The translations under genes were made by a program, and so were the position numbers. The notes beneath the pieces were generated by a model. The model worked only from the letters and a program-made list of their open reading frames with translations, was not told where the DNA came from and did not search any database. From NCBI GenBank assembly GCA_002633005.1, contig NMRA01000131.1, forward strand, positions 46,296-110,295: a DNA stretch of 64,000 nt, given 5' to 3'. Origin of the DNA: Phoronis australis (Eukaryota; Animalia; Phoronida). Below are positions 22,501 through 33,700 of this stretch, in pieces; the first letter of the stretch is position 1; each line of letters begins with the position of its first letter.

Positions 22501-24146
22501 CATGATGTAAACATCTTCTTCTAGCTGACGATCACCGCAACAAAGTTTGGCTTTTGGGATCACACCAAGAATACGGTCGTTCAGTGTCACATTGCCGGCA
22601 CCTCGGCAGTTGGTCAGATTGGTGTTTGGTTCCAGCTTAGTTTTAGCCAGCCACGGATTTTTGTCTCCCATCACTGTGATGTCTGCGCCGCTATCTAGCT
22701 TGAACTGCGTAGTATGACCGTTCACAGAGATATCTGCTGACCAGTGCTTTTTAGAAGCTTCAATTTGACCCAGAAATTGCACAGGAACGTCTTCTTCTTC
22801 CTGAGTATCTATTTCTGCTGTGCTTTTGGACCTACAAGCTTTGGACCAATGGCCTATCTTGCCACAGTTGTTGCACTTGCTGTCTCTAGCTCTGCACTCT
22901 TTGCGTGCGTGTGGTTTAGTGCTACCACACCACTTACAACTTTCTGACTGGTTCTTCGGTGGACCCTGCTGCTTTTTATGAGCCTGCTTCTTCTGAGGAT
23001 TGTTGTGCTTCTTGAACCCATGCCGTTTCACGAACTCGACTGTACTCTCACTTTTGCCTGACATCACCTGTTTCTGAGTGCGTGATGCCTCTGCTGCTCG
23101 AAGATTCTCAATGGCTTTTGCGAGGCTTGGTACAGGGCGTTCTCTTAAGAGTCTCTCTCGTCCTGCGTCATCATTCGTCCCAACGACTATGCGGTCTCTG
23201 ATCAGTGAGTCTTTCAGTTCCCCGAATTCGCAAGAGTCAGCTAACTTGCGTAATCTTAGGACAAACACATCTATCGTCTCTCCCGTCTTTTGGACTGCTT
23301 GGTTGAACACAAATCTCTCGTAGAGAACATTCTTCTGAGGAACAAAGTATGCCTTTAAGGCATCAATGATCTTCTGAGGATTGCGTCTGTCTTCTTCACT
23401 GACGTTAGGCAAGTTACACAGTACTCGTTTACACTCCTGCCCCATGACGGAGCAGAGTGTCGCAGCAACTATTGATACACCCTTTAGGTCTGGTGCACCA
23501 TCCGCCTTAACCATTTTTGTGTCTAGTTCTGTGGCGGTCATGTAGTCTATCCAGGCGGTTTCAAATTCACGCCAGTTCTCTGTCACATTCCCTTGTACTG
23601 ACATTGGGGTTGGGGCCGGTATATGATATGTTGCCATTTTTGTAATGTTCTGAATGTTGTCAGTTTATGTGTTACTTCGTTAACGTGTTCACTAATGTTG
23701 CGTGTCACTTGTGCAGGTGCTGGTAAATTTATTCGGTCAATAAATTCACTAACTTTTATGTATCGCTACTTATAATGTAAAGTTGCGCGTTAAAGTTATC
23801 TTATAGAGCCTCACACTTTCCTCGCGAACTTCGATCACATGAACTGTCAGCTCAAAACACACAATGCACATGTGTCTATGACGTCATGGAAAATTTCGAA
23901 GTACTGTACGACAACTATCAACAGTTCCAGGCTATTTTCTGATTTTTCACAAACAAAATCCTTCGAAAACAGCACGAAAGATCCTTGGCACAAACCGTTG
24001 GAAGGTATCAGTTTATAATGCCCAGTTGTTTCGGCAGAATCACAAAAATGACACAAACCGCCGCTGCCACTATGTAGGAACAACAACGCTGATGGAACCG
24101 GAACTCAATATATTTATCTCTAAGTCTAAAGAGCTATAATACTACA
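19523..24146 (-). mobile_element. Full-length Ty3/Gypsy LTR retrotransposon, Mag-like
   Basis: 74-bp LTRs at 19523-19596 and 24073-24146 (TGTAG...CTACA, 3 differences); 5-bp TSD AGCTA; PBS TGGCAGCGG (tRNA-Leu-like) next to the 5' LTR; PPT GGGAGGAGA next to the 3' LTR. Confidence 0.95.
19702..23637 (-). CDS. Gag-Pol polyprotein (gag with two CCHC-type knuckles, protease, RT, RNase H, integrase)
   Basis: 1311-aa ORF: CKWCGS..H..C and CNNCGKIGHWSKAC; protease KLDSGAD; RT LPFG and HMDD; RNase H ADAS...TDHKPL; integrase HHCC and SDNGPQ. Domain order is Gypsy-type. Confidence 0.95.
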   Translation of the reverse strand: MATYHIPAPTPMSVQGNVTENWREFETAWIDYMTATELDTKMVKADGAPDLKGVSIVAATLCSVMGQECKRVLCNLPNVSEEDRRNPQKIIDALKAYFVPQKNVLYERFVFNQAVQKTGETIDVFVLRLRKLADSCEFGELKDSLIRDRIVVGTNDDAGRERLLRERPVPSLAKAIENLRAAEASRTQKQVMSGKSESTVEFVKRHGFKKHNNPQKKQAHKKQQGPPKNQSESCKWCGSTKPHARKECRARDSKCNNCGKIGHWSKACRSKSTAEIDTQEEEDVPVQFLGQIEASKKHWSADISVNGHTTQFKLDSGADITVMGDKNPWLAKTKLEPNTNLTNCRGAGNVTLNDRILGVIPKAKLCCGDRQLEEDVYIMKGQRLNLLSKRACEHFKLLIPSASVYEVDAKPDFRGEFPKLFQGLGCLTTPYEISLQPDANPVCLYTARRVPHPLLPQVEKELESMERQGIISKVTHPTEWCSGMVCIPKSNGRVRICVDLTPLNKAVRREVHPMSSVEDSLSSLSCGKPVIFSKLDANSGFWQIPLHEASKDLTTFISPLGRFRFNRLPFGISSAPEIFQRTMSSILEGLDGTLCHMDDILIYGSTQKEHDERVRSVLQRLQAAGLTLNNKCEFSTSKIKFLGHLISSDGIMADPEKTQAVRDFPVPTNVTELQRFNGMVNQLAKFLPNLVKLNEPLRQLLRKDQAFQWDEPQQRSFQQVKEALVSTVTLAHYDPSRETIVAADASQYGIGAVLLQIDSGGNRRPVCFASRSLNDTEKRYAVIEKEALAATWACEKFSTFILGLKFTLETDHKPLVPLLSSTDLSKMPPRVLRFRLRLMKFSPTINHVPGKNHLIADALSRAPVDKPSVPDEIFLDEVEDQAEYTVKYLPATQGRLNQIKEAQRSDATCGEVIKYCQNGWPAFSADTLLKPYYEKKQHLTVIDGLLMYNDRIVIPQSMQFEVLNQIHQGHLGITKCRARAMESVWWPRISTQIEAMCKQCLTCALHRPETKEPLLPSSFPSRPWERIGTDLFELNKQHYILVVDYFSRWIEVRRLSQTTAQHTIEALKSIFSTHGIPDIVISDNGPQYACESFDMFAKDYGFVHVTSSPLYPQCNGLSRARSPNCEEHIEKNTDPHLGFLAYRSTPIHNGKSPSQLLISRRLRTTLPIMPKTLLHNSIDDQSVRAKETRVNSKNKANFDHRNRTMSLPVLGVGDQVWVRDQDKHGEVKESSTNPRSYLVVTESGATIRRNRSALIHTENMKSASQENFTPKETTPNPFSNPASTPPTVDTPQTQQLRRSQRVIKPVDRLNL

Positions 24147-25330
24147 AGCTATTATTTAAAGTGAAAACTAAGGAAGCATTAAAATACTGCTATTGTACAC
24201 AAAGTATACATTTTATTTACAAAAGCCACATCATAAATGCTCATACTAAGGTAGACACAGGCATGATCTAGCTGAATGAAGAAGACTATAGTGAACTTAT
24301 AGCTTGGTAGCTGTGTCTTGAGCTCCGTTAGACCCCGAAACTTCACACAACCCGGGTAGTTTAGCTCGTCACATTCTTCGTGAAACTTATCAACACTGAC
24401 CGGAAGGGTGCATGCAGAATCTTTGAAAATCAATCGACACTCACCTTGCCCGTTGCAGCCGTTTAAGTGAAAAAAATCTGATAGACTTCATTTTAGCGTA
24501 ATTCTCCGCCTTTTGTACTTAAAGAAAGTTTGTCGTCGTTTTGAAAACAATGCGCTCGTGACACGCGCAAGCGCCATTTCTTACTGAAATTTTGTGATAT
24601 CTCTATGGAGATGATGACGGTTTCGTAGCAAAATTGAGTTTGTTGGTATTTAAATACAAAAAATTGTACGAAATGAAACCAGTTCCGATTGTTATGGAAC
24701 AGAAGATTGAAGAATCTGCAGTGAGAAATTGGCCCATGGGTGACGCAGTGGCGCGCCGGAGTCGACCCAAAAGAGCCCACCAAAATTTTAGCAGCAAAAT
24801 AACAGTAGAACGACAATTATTCCAACAACGGTAAATATTTAAAGTTTGCTCAAAGAAAAGTTTAGTTTTTAATGACATCATTAATTTTGGCGGCGACAGG
24901 CTCCGACGGACTGACGTAACCCCCGAGGCCGTTGAGCCGACGAACTGACGTCACCAAGACCAGTACGAAACTGGCCACCTTTCTCCCGCGTCCGCGAAAA
25001 AACGGCCTGTGAGAAAAATACAGAACACTTCGATTCTAAATAGAGGGCCGGTGCACTACTACCTGGGACCAAGGCGGTGCCGACTGAAACGGGCGCAACG
25101 AAGGTCTGTAGTGGAGACCGGGGACTGAGACGGAGTTTGCGCGAACGATTCATTTTATATTATAGATAACAGCGAGAGCCGAGCTCCCAAAAGTAGTGTT
25201 TGTGAATGACTTAATTGTTGCACCAACAACACAGCAGACAATACGTTTGTTATTTGCTATTTCGGTATAGTTCAGTGCCAGCATAATACGCTCAGTGCAG
25301 GCTTTTCGAAATGAAAGTGATCCTTGAATA

Positions 25331-26304
25331 CATAGGCGGATTTAGGGGGGGGGGGGGAGTGGGAACACCCCCCCCCCCTTTGCTGCCGCAAAAAAATAAA
25401 ACAGCAAGAGCGTAGGGAAATGTTGAGTTTATTAATTAATCCCGGTAATTAAAGTTATACGGATGGAACAAGATTTAAATGTCTGCAGTTTTAGTGTTTG
25501 GGGGGGGGGGCTCAGATCCAATTTCAAGTGTCAACGGCGCATTCGTAAGGGAACTAATCTATGGCTAAGTATAAGCTCTCCCGTGATATCCCAGACGACC
25601 GGCAGTGGCGCTGCGCACTACGACTCCGTTTCCGTCGTCTGCTCCACTGTGCAATGAAGAAAATTTACTTCATTTTTTAAAGAAAATGGAACCTGAGTGA
25701 CGATCATGAAAAATCAGAAACTGCTGGTAAGATGTGAATTTTAATCGAAGCCTTGGTGAATCACTCAGTAACTCATAATTCTCTCTTTGTCAAACCTTAA
25801 CTTAAGACGATTTCCAAAGCAATCCCGTCATTATTGCCAACACGAAAAACGGATTTGGTCTTTTGGGCATTTGAAGACTATTTTAAATACAACAAATTTG
25901 TTAAGAACCGATTGCACAAAATATAAAACGTGTAATAAGCATTACAAAAAGAAGTAGGTTTCGCGCGCAAACGCTGTGGACCACAAACAAGTAGGTCTCT
26001 TAGAACAAGATTAATAGTTAAATCGTGGTGTAGTGGTAAAGCACGCGCGTTCTATCCGCGAGGTCGTGATTTCGAGTCTGTGGTGCGTGCGGTTTTTCCT
26101 GTTTGACATGTTCTCTGGGGTTTTTTTTTGCCTTTTTTTCTTGGATAATACTTCAGAAATCGAGGAAAATGCTTGATTTTTAGAGGAAAAAACAGAAAAT
26201 TTTCTCCCTTTCGGTGTTATACGCATCTACAATCGTGGTTTGCGCAAATGCTTACAGCCGAACAAAATGTTGGCCCCCCTTGTGATATCCTAGATCCGCC
26301 ACTG
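25331..26304. mobile_element. hAT5-like non-autonomous element containing a tRNA-like module
   Basis: TIR CATAGGCGGATTTAG / CTAGATCCGCCACTG; 5-bp flank GAATA on both sides; internal TGGTGTAGTGGTAAAGCA...GATTTCGAGTC at ~26026-26080. Confidence 0.65.
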
Positions 26305-26323
26305 GAATATGCTGTACATCCAG

Positions 26324-26588
26324 CATGGGAGCACCTGGGGGGGGGGCTCGGGGGGCTCGAATGAGCCCCCCAATATGGCGAATTGGGCAAAAAGGTACAC
26401 CTCAGTGAAAAATAATTCAAGTGAACGACACAAAAGTCCACAAAGGACACAGGAAATCGGATGCACCGGCAATTCGTGGGCCTGAACCTAGTGGCCCTGT
26501 TTTTTAGTCCTCGTTGATTTTGTTCAGTAAAAAGTCCCATACCGAGAAATTCGAGCCCCCCCTATGTTTTAGGCTGGGTGCGTGCATG
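26324..26588. mobile_element. Short MITE
   Basis: Imperfect TIR CATGGGAGCACCTGG / CTGGGTGCGTGCATG, with internal GGGGGGCTCGAA / TTCGAGCCCCCC inverted motifs. Confidence 0.5.
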
Positions 26589-27599
26589 TCTACTAGTTCA
26601 CGCTTTGGTTGTAGATTGGTGTGTACACGTGTGTGTATTTTCATTCTTTTCAAATCAATACACGTATTTTCACTACGCAGTCCCCTGCTAAAAAAACAGA
26701 CATTTAACTAATACTTTCTTGCAATAAGCATTTCCTGACGAGCCTTTTCACATATCAGGAAAAAGTAGGTCTAGATCTAATAAAAAATCTATGCTCAATG
26801 TATATCATTGCCAATGGTGCACAACCTCGCAGACTTCATACGAGCACTGACCTGACCAAACGTGACGGAAGAGATTTTCAAGGTTACATGTCACTACTCC
26901 GAAGGTTCGCTGCTCCGAATATTCGCTATTCTGAAACCAGGCTCACAGCTCCAAAAGATTATTACTCTGAATGTCTGCTAATGAGGCGCAACTGACATGC
27001 ATAAAATATTGTAGTTTTTAGCACGTTTTAAGTCCACGACTGCATACGCGTATACTGGTATGGTTGAGTAACGAAGTAACGTAGTTTTGCTTTCTCAAAT
27101 CGATGCTGTACCGCTCTCGATGTCTTGTTTCCGGCCAGATAATAAAGTCATGATGTATTGCAATTTTTTATCGCAACAATCGCAAAGTTTGTGGTTCTCA
27201 TCCATAATTTTGCAGCGAGGCGAGAAACTTTAAATCCGTTTTCAGAAGACGATTTTGTCGCTACATTTCCGCGACGATTTTCATAATTTTTTGTCTTGCA
27301 ATTGATTTGCCTCATTGGCCAAATATTTTTTTATTCCAACGGCTATTTTATCGAGCCGACTGGAAAATCGTGCTGGTAGACGCTCGTGAAAAGTAAATGG
27401 CAAAAATTTGTTGAAATTTGTGACAAGCATTTAGAAAACAATAATAGTGATTACGCAAAAGTATTTCGTCTCATTCCCTAGGCCTTTATTAAGACAGAAA
27501 TACACCGCAATCTAACTAGTAATGTTCGTCTTAATTGCAATAGACATCAGTTCGTAACTATTCGCGTGAGTGCTACATTGTTCTTAGTCAAGACAGGAA

Positions 27600-27715
27600 T
27601 AATACGTGTAATTACTCCCAAGGGAGTCTCGCTGATTGGCTGAGGGAGTACGTGATCTGATTGGCTGATGAGAGAAGGTGGACCTGTCCTCGCTTGAAAA
27701 ACATATATAATGAAA
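27600..27715 (+). promoter_or_regulatory. Probable Otp proximal promoter
   Basis: Two inverted CCAAT boxes CTGATTGGCTG (27632, 27657), two TACGTG (27603, 27649), and TATATAA at 27704-27710, ~50 nt before the ATG. Confidence 0.6.
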
Positions 27716-27759
27716 CGAAAAATATAACACCAGTAATTATCCAGTTAGAAACAAATTCA

Positions 27760-30700
27760 ATGATGGACGAAAACTGTTCAAGACATCCCAATTCTTCTCT
27801 GGGCGTAATGATGCCGATAAACTCCGGTAAGTAGACGTATAGCCGTCAACTAGATAATGAAATATGCCCCGCAGGTTCAAAGTTGTAAGTTTACCTAACA
27901 ACCATAATCACACCACTTATTTCCTAATTCATTTTCTTAAATTAACTCTGATTGTCGAAAATTGCTGAAAATTTGTTTTGATTTGGAAGATTTAAGGCAT
28001 GATCAAATTAAAGGCTCAGCTGTTTTGCGCATTAGCATACTAATAGGTTATATGTTGGATTTAGTTACCAAATAAATGTTGCTTTAATCCTGGATTAGCG
28101 TCGGATAATTTACACCCAATTTACGCCCTATTAAATGCGTTTCTTATCCTTCTACGTTTGCAGTGCAGCGTCCACAGCAAGCAAACATCAAAGAGGCTTT
28201 GCCTGTATGCCAGGGCCGGGTTGATGCCGTCCACGCGGAGGTTCAGCGGCAAGGTGAGGACGGAGAAACTGGCCATTCCGACAGCGAGAAGCCAATCAAG
28301 CAAAAACGACACAGAACGCGCTTCACGCCGGCTCAGCTGAATGAACTGGAACGTAGTTTCTCGAAAACGCATTATCCCGACATCTTTATGAGAGAAGAGC
28401 TAGCACTCAGGATCGGGCTCACCGAATCACGCGTTCAGGTAATATTTGAAAATTATTGACAGTCTAAATGCAAAATGTTGAGAGTTCCATGTAAATTATG
28501 ACAAACGAAATAGAATGTCTCTGATAAAAAAGAAAAAAAGAAAAACACTTGTCATGCAAGCTTTACAGGAATTGTCGTGCGCTTAAACCGAAATGGACGT
28601 TTGTCTCGGCCTATTTGAAGCTCAAAAAGCAAGTAAAAACCCATTGCCAACATGTCAGAAGATTATGAATCATTTAATTTTGCCAGACAATGTAACATAT
28701 CAAGTCTCTTAGTTTTGAAAGACGATACAAACAATTAAATGGTAATTTCCTATATTAATTACTGGTACATTGTGTGGTGCTCGCGTGCAGGGGAGAATAA
28801 CGGCACTTGATGAATATCTTTATTTCTGTTAGAATCCGCGTCAGGATTAGAAACATGACATTCCACATTCTCTCTGGTTCAAAGTGTCAATAATAAAACT
28901 ATCAAAATGAAACCACTTAACTGTTAATTGAGAGAGGGGAAGAGATTTTTCGTGACCCGTGAAACGACAATTTTGTCTTGCGTGAACGTGAACCGTGTTT
29001 TGAAGGTTACAGTGAACGTAATTCCGCATTTTAGGCTGTTCTGAAAAAGTATTTTTTGAACAAAATTTGGAATAGGTGAGTCCGGAGAGGTGATGGGGAG
29101 ATTTGGTTGTGAGCGGGGGAGCATTGGTGACTCTCGGGGGGACTTGGTGGTGACCGGTTAGAGAATTGGTGGCGATCCTACCTTCATCTCCTCTTAATTT
29201 CTTTAGACGTGAAATAGACATTGACGCATTCTACTATATCTATCTCTTACATAGATAAACATTAACAAAGTGACACTACCGCAATGCGATTTTAAGTAGC
29301 CATTTTTACGGCTGCAGTTGTTCCGACAGCCTTATTGAAAACGTTTAGACTGTTCTGGCCATTTTTTTGTAATCAAAGATCAGCACATTCTTTTGCTAGT
29401 AATTTAAAGTTTTCGCATAATAATTAATGTCTAGAAAATTGTTTATAACATGTAATCTCCTCCATATTTTTAAAGCGTGTCTTTTTTAAAGAAACTTTAC
29501 TTCATACTTAAGAAAACTTGCCTCCGCATGTTAAGCTATTACAAATTGTCAACGCTGTGAGATGAAATTTTTCAGTTTTTCAAAAAATGTTTCCATTCGA
29601 ACCAATTATAATTTTTACATACCTTTTTGTATTTCAGTATTGTTAGTCGTATTTTGCATTAGTGTGCTTTTCTTTTACTTCGATTTATGTTGAAATTGAG
29701 CAAATGAAAAAAAACGATGGATAAATAAAATGTTGGACAATATTGTATTATATTGCTTGAATACTGAGATTTTGCTATTTTGCCATATACGTCATAATTA
29801 TATCTTTCCAGAATAACGAAGGTTCTTAAAATTATTTTCAGCATTCATTTATTAAACTTCTTTATAAATTGGTAAAATGGTGTCAAATTTGTTGGATTTT
29901 ACCGTATGGTCTGGAACGATCACTTAGTATGTTTGTTATAATTTTGATTTTAATTTTTCGCGATCAGTAAGGACAATAATATTTTTCGAAGTTACTTTCA
30001 TTTTATCTGGAACTTCACAATCCGTTTACGAATAAATTTCTTTTAATTAATAAACTTCGAAAATGTTTTTTACCTTTTTTCCTCCGCATTTGAAGCATTA
30101 AATTTTGTTCACCACCATGCTTGCATGAATGCCGTGTTTTTGAAATGTTTAGATCGGCGCGCGCGCTCTGCTATTGGTCTATTCCCGCAGCGCTTTCCAT
30201 GAGGGCCCTTATGAAGTAGTTTAAAAATACTCTGATCTGTCCAAAATGTCAATGTTTATTATAGGTTTTCAAAAATTTCAGTTTGTATTTTAGAACGTTT
30301 TTGTATCGTTACCGACGTAACACACGAAAGCAAGTTATTTCTAGTTGCATTTTGTTAGTTTCGCAATCAAAAAGCCTGTACAGTTACACCTACAAACGTT
30401 GGTTACAACTATACAATTTTGTGTTCGCATTCAGAACATTTGCGAGTTCTCGAAAATGGTTCAAAAACTCATAGAACAAACCAGACCTTCCAAAACGCGA
30501 TTACAAATGCCGTCATGACAATGCTTTACAAGCGCAATTAGCATGCTTTTGACCTGACATTAGAAGAAAGTGGAACAGTTGTTTAGCATTAAAAATTCTT
30601 TCCACTTCTTTTCAGTTAAAAATTCATAAAAAAATAATTTGTCTTCGAACCCATCTAGCTTAAATTTATTATCAAATGATGTTCTTTGTGTACCGTAATC

Positions 30701-33700
30701 AAATGCTTTCAAAATAGCCAGAGTTAAATATGGAATTTTCAAAATAAAGTTTGAATTTCTGGTGGTGCCCCAATAACATGGTTACCATGGTTACCACTGT
30801 TAAACTGCTTTTTAATGAACTGCCAGTAAAAACACAAAAACCTGCAGCGCTCTAATTTACGAAATGCTCCTCTTTTAGCGATGTCTACCGATTGATGAAA
30901 CTCTTTCTGTATTATGAACCGTTGAAAATAAAGAAAAACGTGTCTTTAAGTTTGGATTGTTTTTAACAAGCCTAAATGCCAGTTATGAGTATCCCACTTT
31001 CCGTTAAATTTTTTCGTGATCCCTAACACTTGAAATTTTACCGACTTTGCTAATATACATTGAGATTTGGATTTAGAATTCCTATTATTTTCCTGAATTA
31101 TAACATACTACCTACATCACGTTGTATTCTCATTGATTCATATTCACCAAGGCCTTGTGCTGTTGTACAATACCCACGTCTTCGAAGGAAAATACCGAGA
31201 TTTTTAACATTAATGTTAAACTACACTTGAATAAGAACACATGCCAGTAAAATGATTTCAGGTGAATGTAAACAACTTGATGAAAAACACCTCCAGGGCC
31301 CAGTTGCATAAGTTATACGCCGTATAGCAACAATGACGTCGCATTATCACGCGTTACGTTGTTATTGTTGAACAATGCACCTGACGTAATGCAACAATCA
31401 AACTTATCCAGCAGATAACTTTTGAAGCTTTATGCAACTCAGCCCAGGTTATTACCCCGTGTTATAGCATTTAGTACTTGCAATAGAAATTACTACACAT
31501 TTAAAATTCTAAACTGGCTTTTTAACCTTGCGGACGCGTATGTTCGTATTTTTGTTTCGTTTTGCTGTTCTACAAAAGCATCCATAATGCTATTAAATAT
31601 TTTGTTTACCATCTTTCAAAAGATCGCTCTCGTAAAAAACTGAAATGGACGACTTGATTGAATGACCTAAAGCATTTCTGTCATCAACGTTACCAGCTTC
31701 GTCGTCAACGTCGTAATCTTGCCATCAATACCACCACTATAATCATCGTCAATTCGGCACCCTTCATCACCATCCTACATAGAAGCTTTGTCGTTTTCTC
31801 CATACATGTAACAAACCGAGCTCACGTAGTAAATTACGACGACATTGTTGTCCTGATACAAATACACATTTTGTGACTGCTTAATTAGGACTATTGTTTA
31901 GGAGGAAATGGTGAGAGCTGCTAATGAGCGCGTGTTGAATAATTATTTTGGAAGTACTTCACATAAGGTCTGCTTTCATCGATGCTAAAGAACAATTTAA
32001 TACAGATCTCAGAGTTGTTTTGTTAATAATTCATTTATTTATAATTAATTATTGCTTACCACTGAAAGCTGTTTGGGGCCGAGAACAACAGGTCCGGGCC
32101 AATCGCACTTCCTTATAAGACTGATAAAAGGAGCTTCAGAATAATTGTGAAGTAGTAGTGTTAACCGTACCTAAATCATAATAACACTCATATTGTTTAA
32201 ATAGTTTGTTTACTAAGGCTGAAGTAACTGTCTGGATGGTATTTGAGTGTTGCTGAAAATTAAGCTAGGGTGGCGACATTTGGGAAGCAAAAGTATCCAC
32301 TCGATAATTAAAGATATCGTGATCCATCAACTGAGGATTTATGAGCCAATTATCAACCTATCATTAGACCGTTGTTCGCCTTTTGATTTTTGCCCACAGT
32401 GGTAATTGACGGCGACTAAACAAGATGGCTACCAACTCACTAAGGGTTAGAAATACAAGAGGGGCTATCGAGCCGACTTAATATCAAGATCTTTGCTAAT
32501 CACGTGCTAAGAACAAAGAGATGCAGTGCTTAAGACATGCAAACTTGCAATTACAAAAGAATTAGCAGATTCTCTTGCTACTAATGACGGATTGAACAGG
32601 AAATTTCAAATGTTTTATTAAAAATCACCTATTAAACGCTGATGTATTGTTTTACAGGGTGAATAACAATAGACCACTTTTCTGCTTCAGATATTATTAA
32701 ACTGTTTCCTGCATGTTTACGTGAGAAGTTAGGTAAAAGTCTTTTTAACCATCGGCAGCGTATAGAATGTTCTCCTCGCAGGTTTCCGGCAAACCATTCA
32801 AAACAAAGTGAGCGATTGATGAGTGCTTTTCATCCTTCGACGTTTCTGTGGATTACAGTGCACGTTTCCGGCGTAGTTTAATTAAATGATGTATTCTAAA
32901 TAGTATAATAGCATAATGACTTCCGTAATTCCTTTTATGATGAAATTCTCTTGGCTTACTTGACAAAAATAGACGACATTGTAAACACGTCATTGTGAAT
33001 GAGCAGTTTGACTTGTTCTGCGGTGGTTCGGCAAACAGTTTTATTGCGAAAAAACTTTTGAAATTTGTTTGACCGGTGTATCGATCACACAGTGCGACTA
33101 TTCGATTTACCTGTCCAAGTGGAATAAACTGATCAACACTGCGATCAACGAATTCACTTCACCTTCAACCACTGAGGAACCTGGAGCGCCCTTTCAATTC
33201 CCCATTGTTCGGCTATGAATGAAATCAATTTGAGGCAAAGTGGGGTGAGCGCACTGGAAACTCAAAGAATAATTAAGCAAATAAATATTTCCAGTGAAGT
33301 GCCATTCAAGTTCTTAGCAAGGATTCACGCTCACTGATTTGACGTTTGGCTTCTTAGTTAATTTTTAAAGGAAGCTATCGATCCGACTCCGTTTGGATAT
33401 CTTAATGATACGGAATCTTATTATTTTCATGTCCGGGAAATGTCATTTTTACTTCATTCTTACAATGGTAACCCTGTGGCTGGTTGTATGAAGCTGTGCA
33501 AACAGGGACTCAACTACATACGTTCACACTTGTAGACATTGTTTACTAACTTATGGTATATTTTCCCATCCATTTATATTTATTGTGAGCTCCAATTTCA
33601 CTTGTGACATATTCTCTTAAATAGCTGAAAACTGAGCCCGAAGATAGCGAATAAGCACTACGTCCTTAATTAGAGGCGCTGCATGAAATGGTTCTTGTTG

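Larger units (their letters stand above)
17999..25166 (-). mobile_element. Head-to-tail tandem of two non-autonomous Helitrons (~1.27 kb units: 25166-19271, interrupted by Gypsy, and 19270-17999)
   Basis: The minus strand starts A|TCTATAATATAAAATGAATCG at 25166 and ends CTAG|T at 17999, with no TSD. The 3' hairpin CCGTGC-TTAA-GCACGG lies at ~19279-19294, directly before the second 5' end TATTATATAAAATGCATCG. The two units are colinear. Confidence 0.8.

Noticed and set aside
20214-23323. Plus-strand ORFs inside the Gypsy element
   Set aside because: Antisense shadows of gag-pol.
26026-26085. tRNA gene
   Set aside because: No anticodon arm or acceptor stem; it is part of a repeat also present at ~59560-59617.
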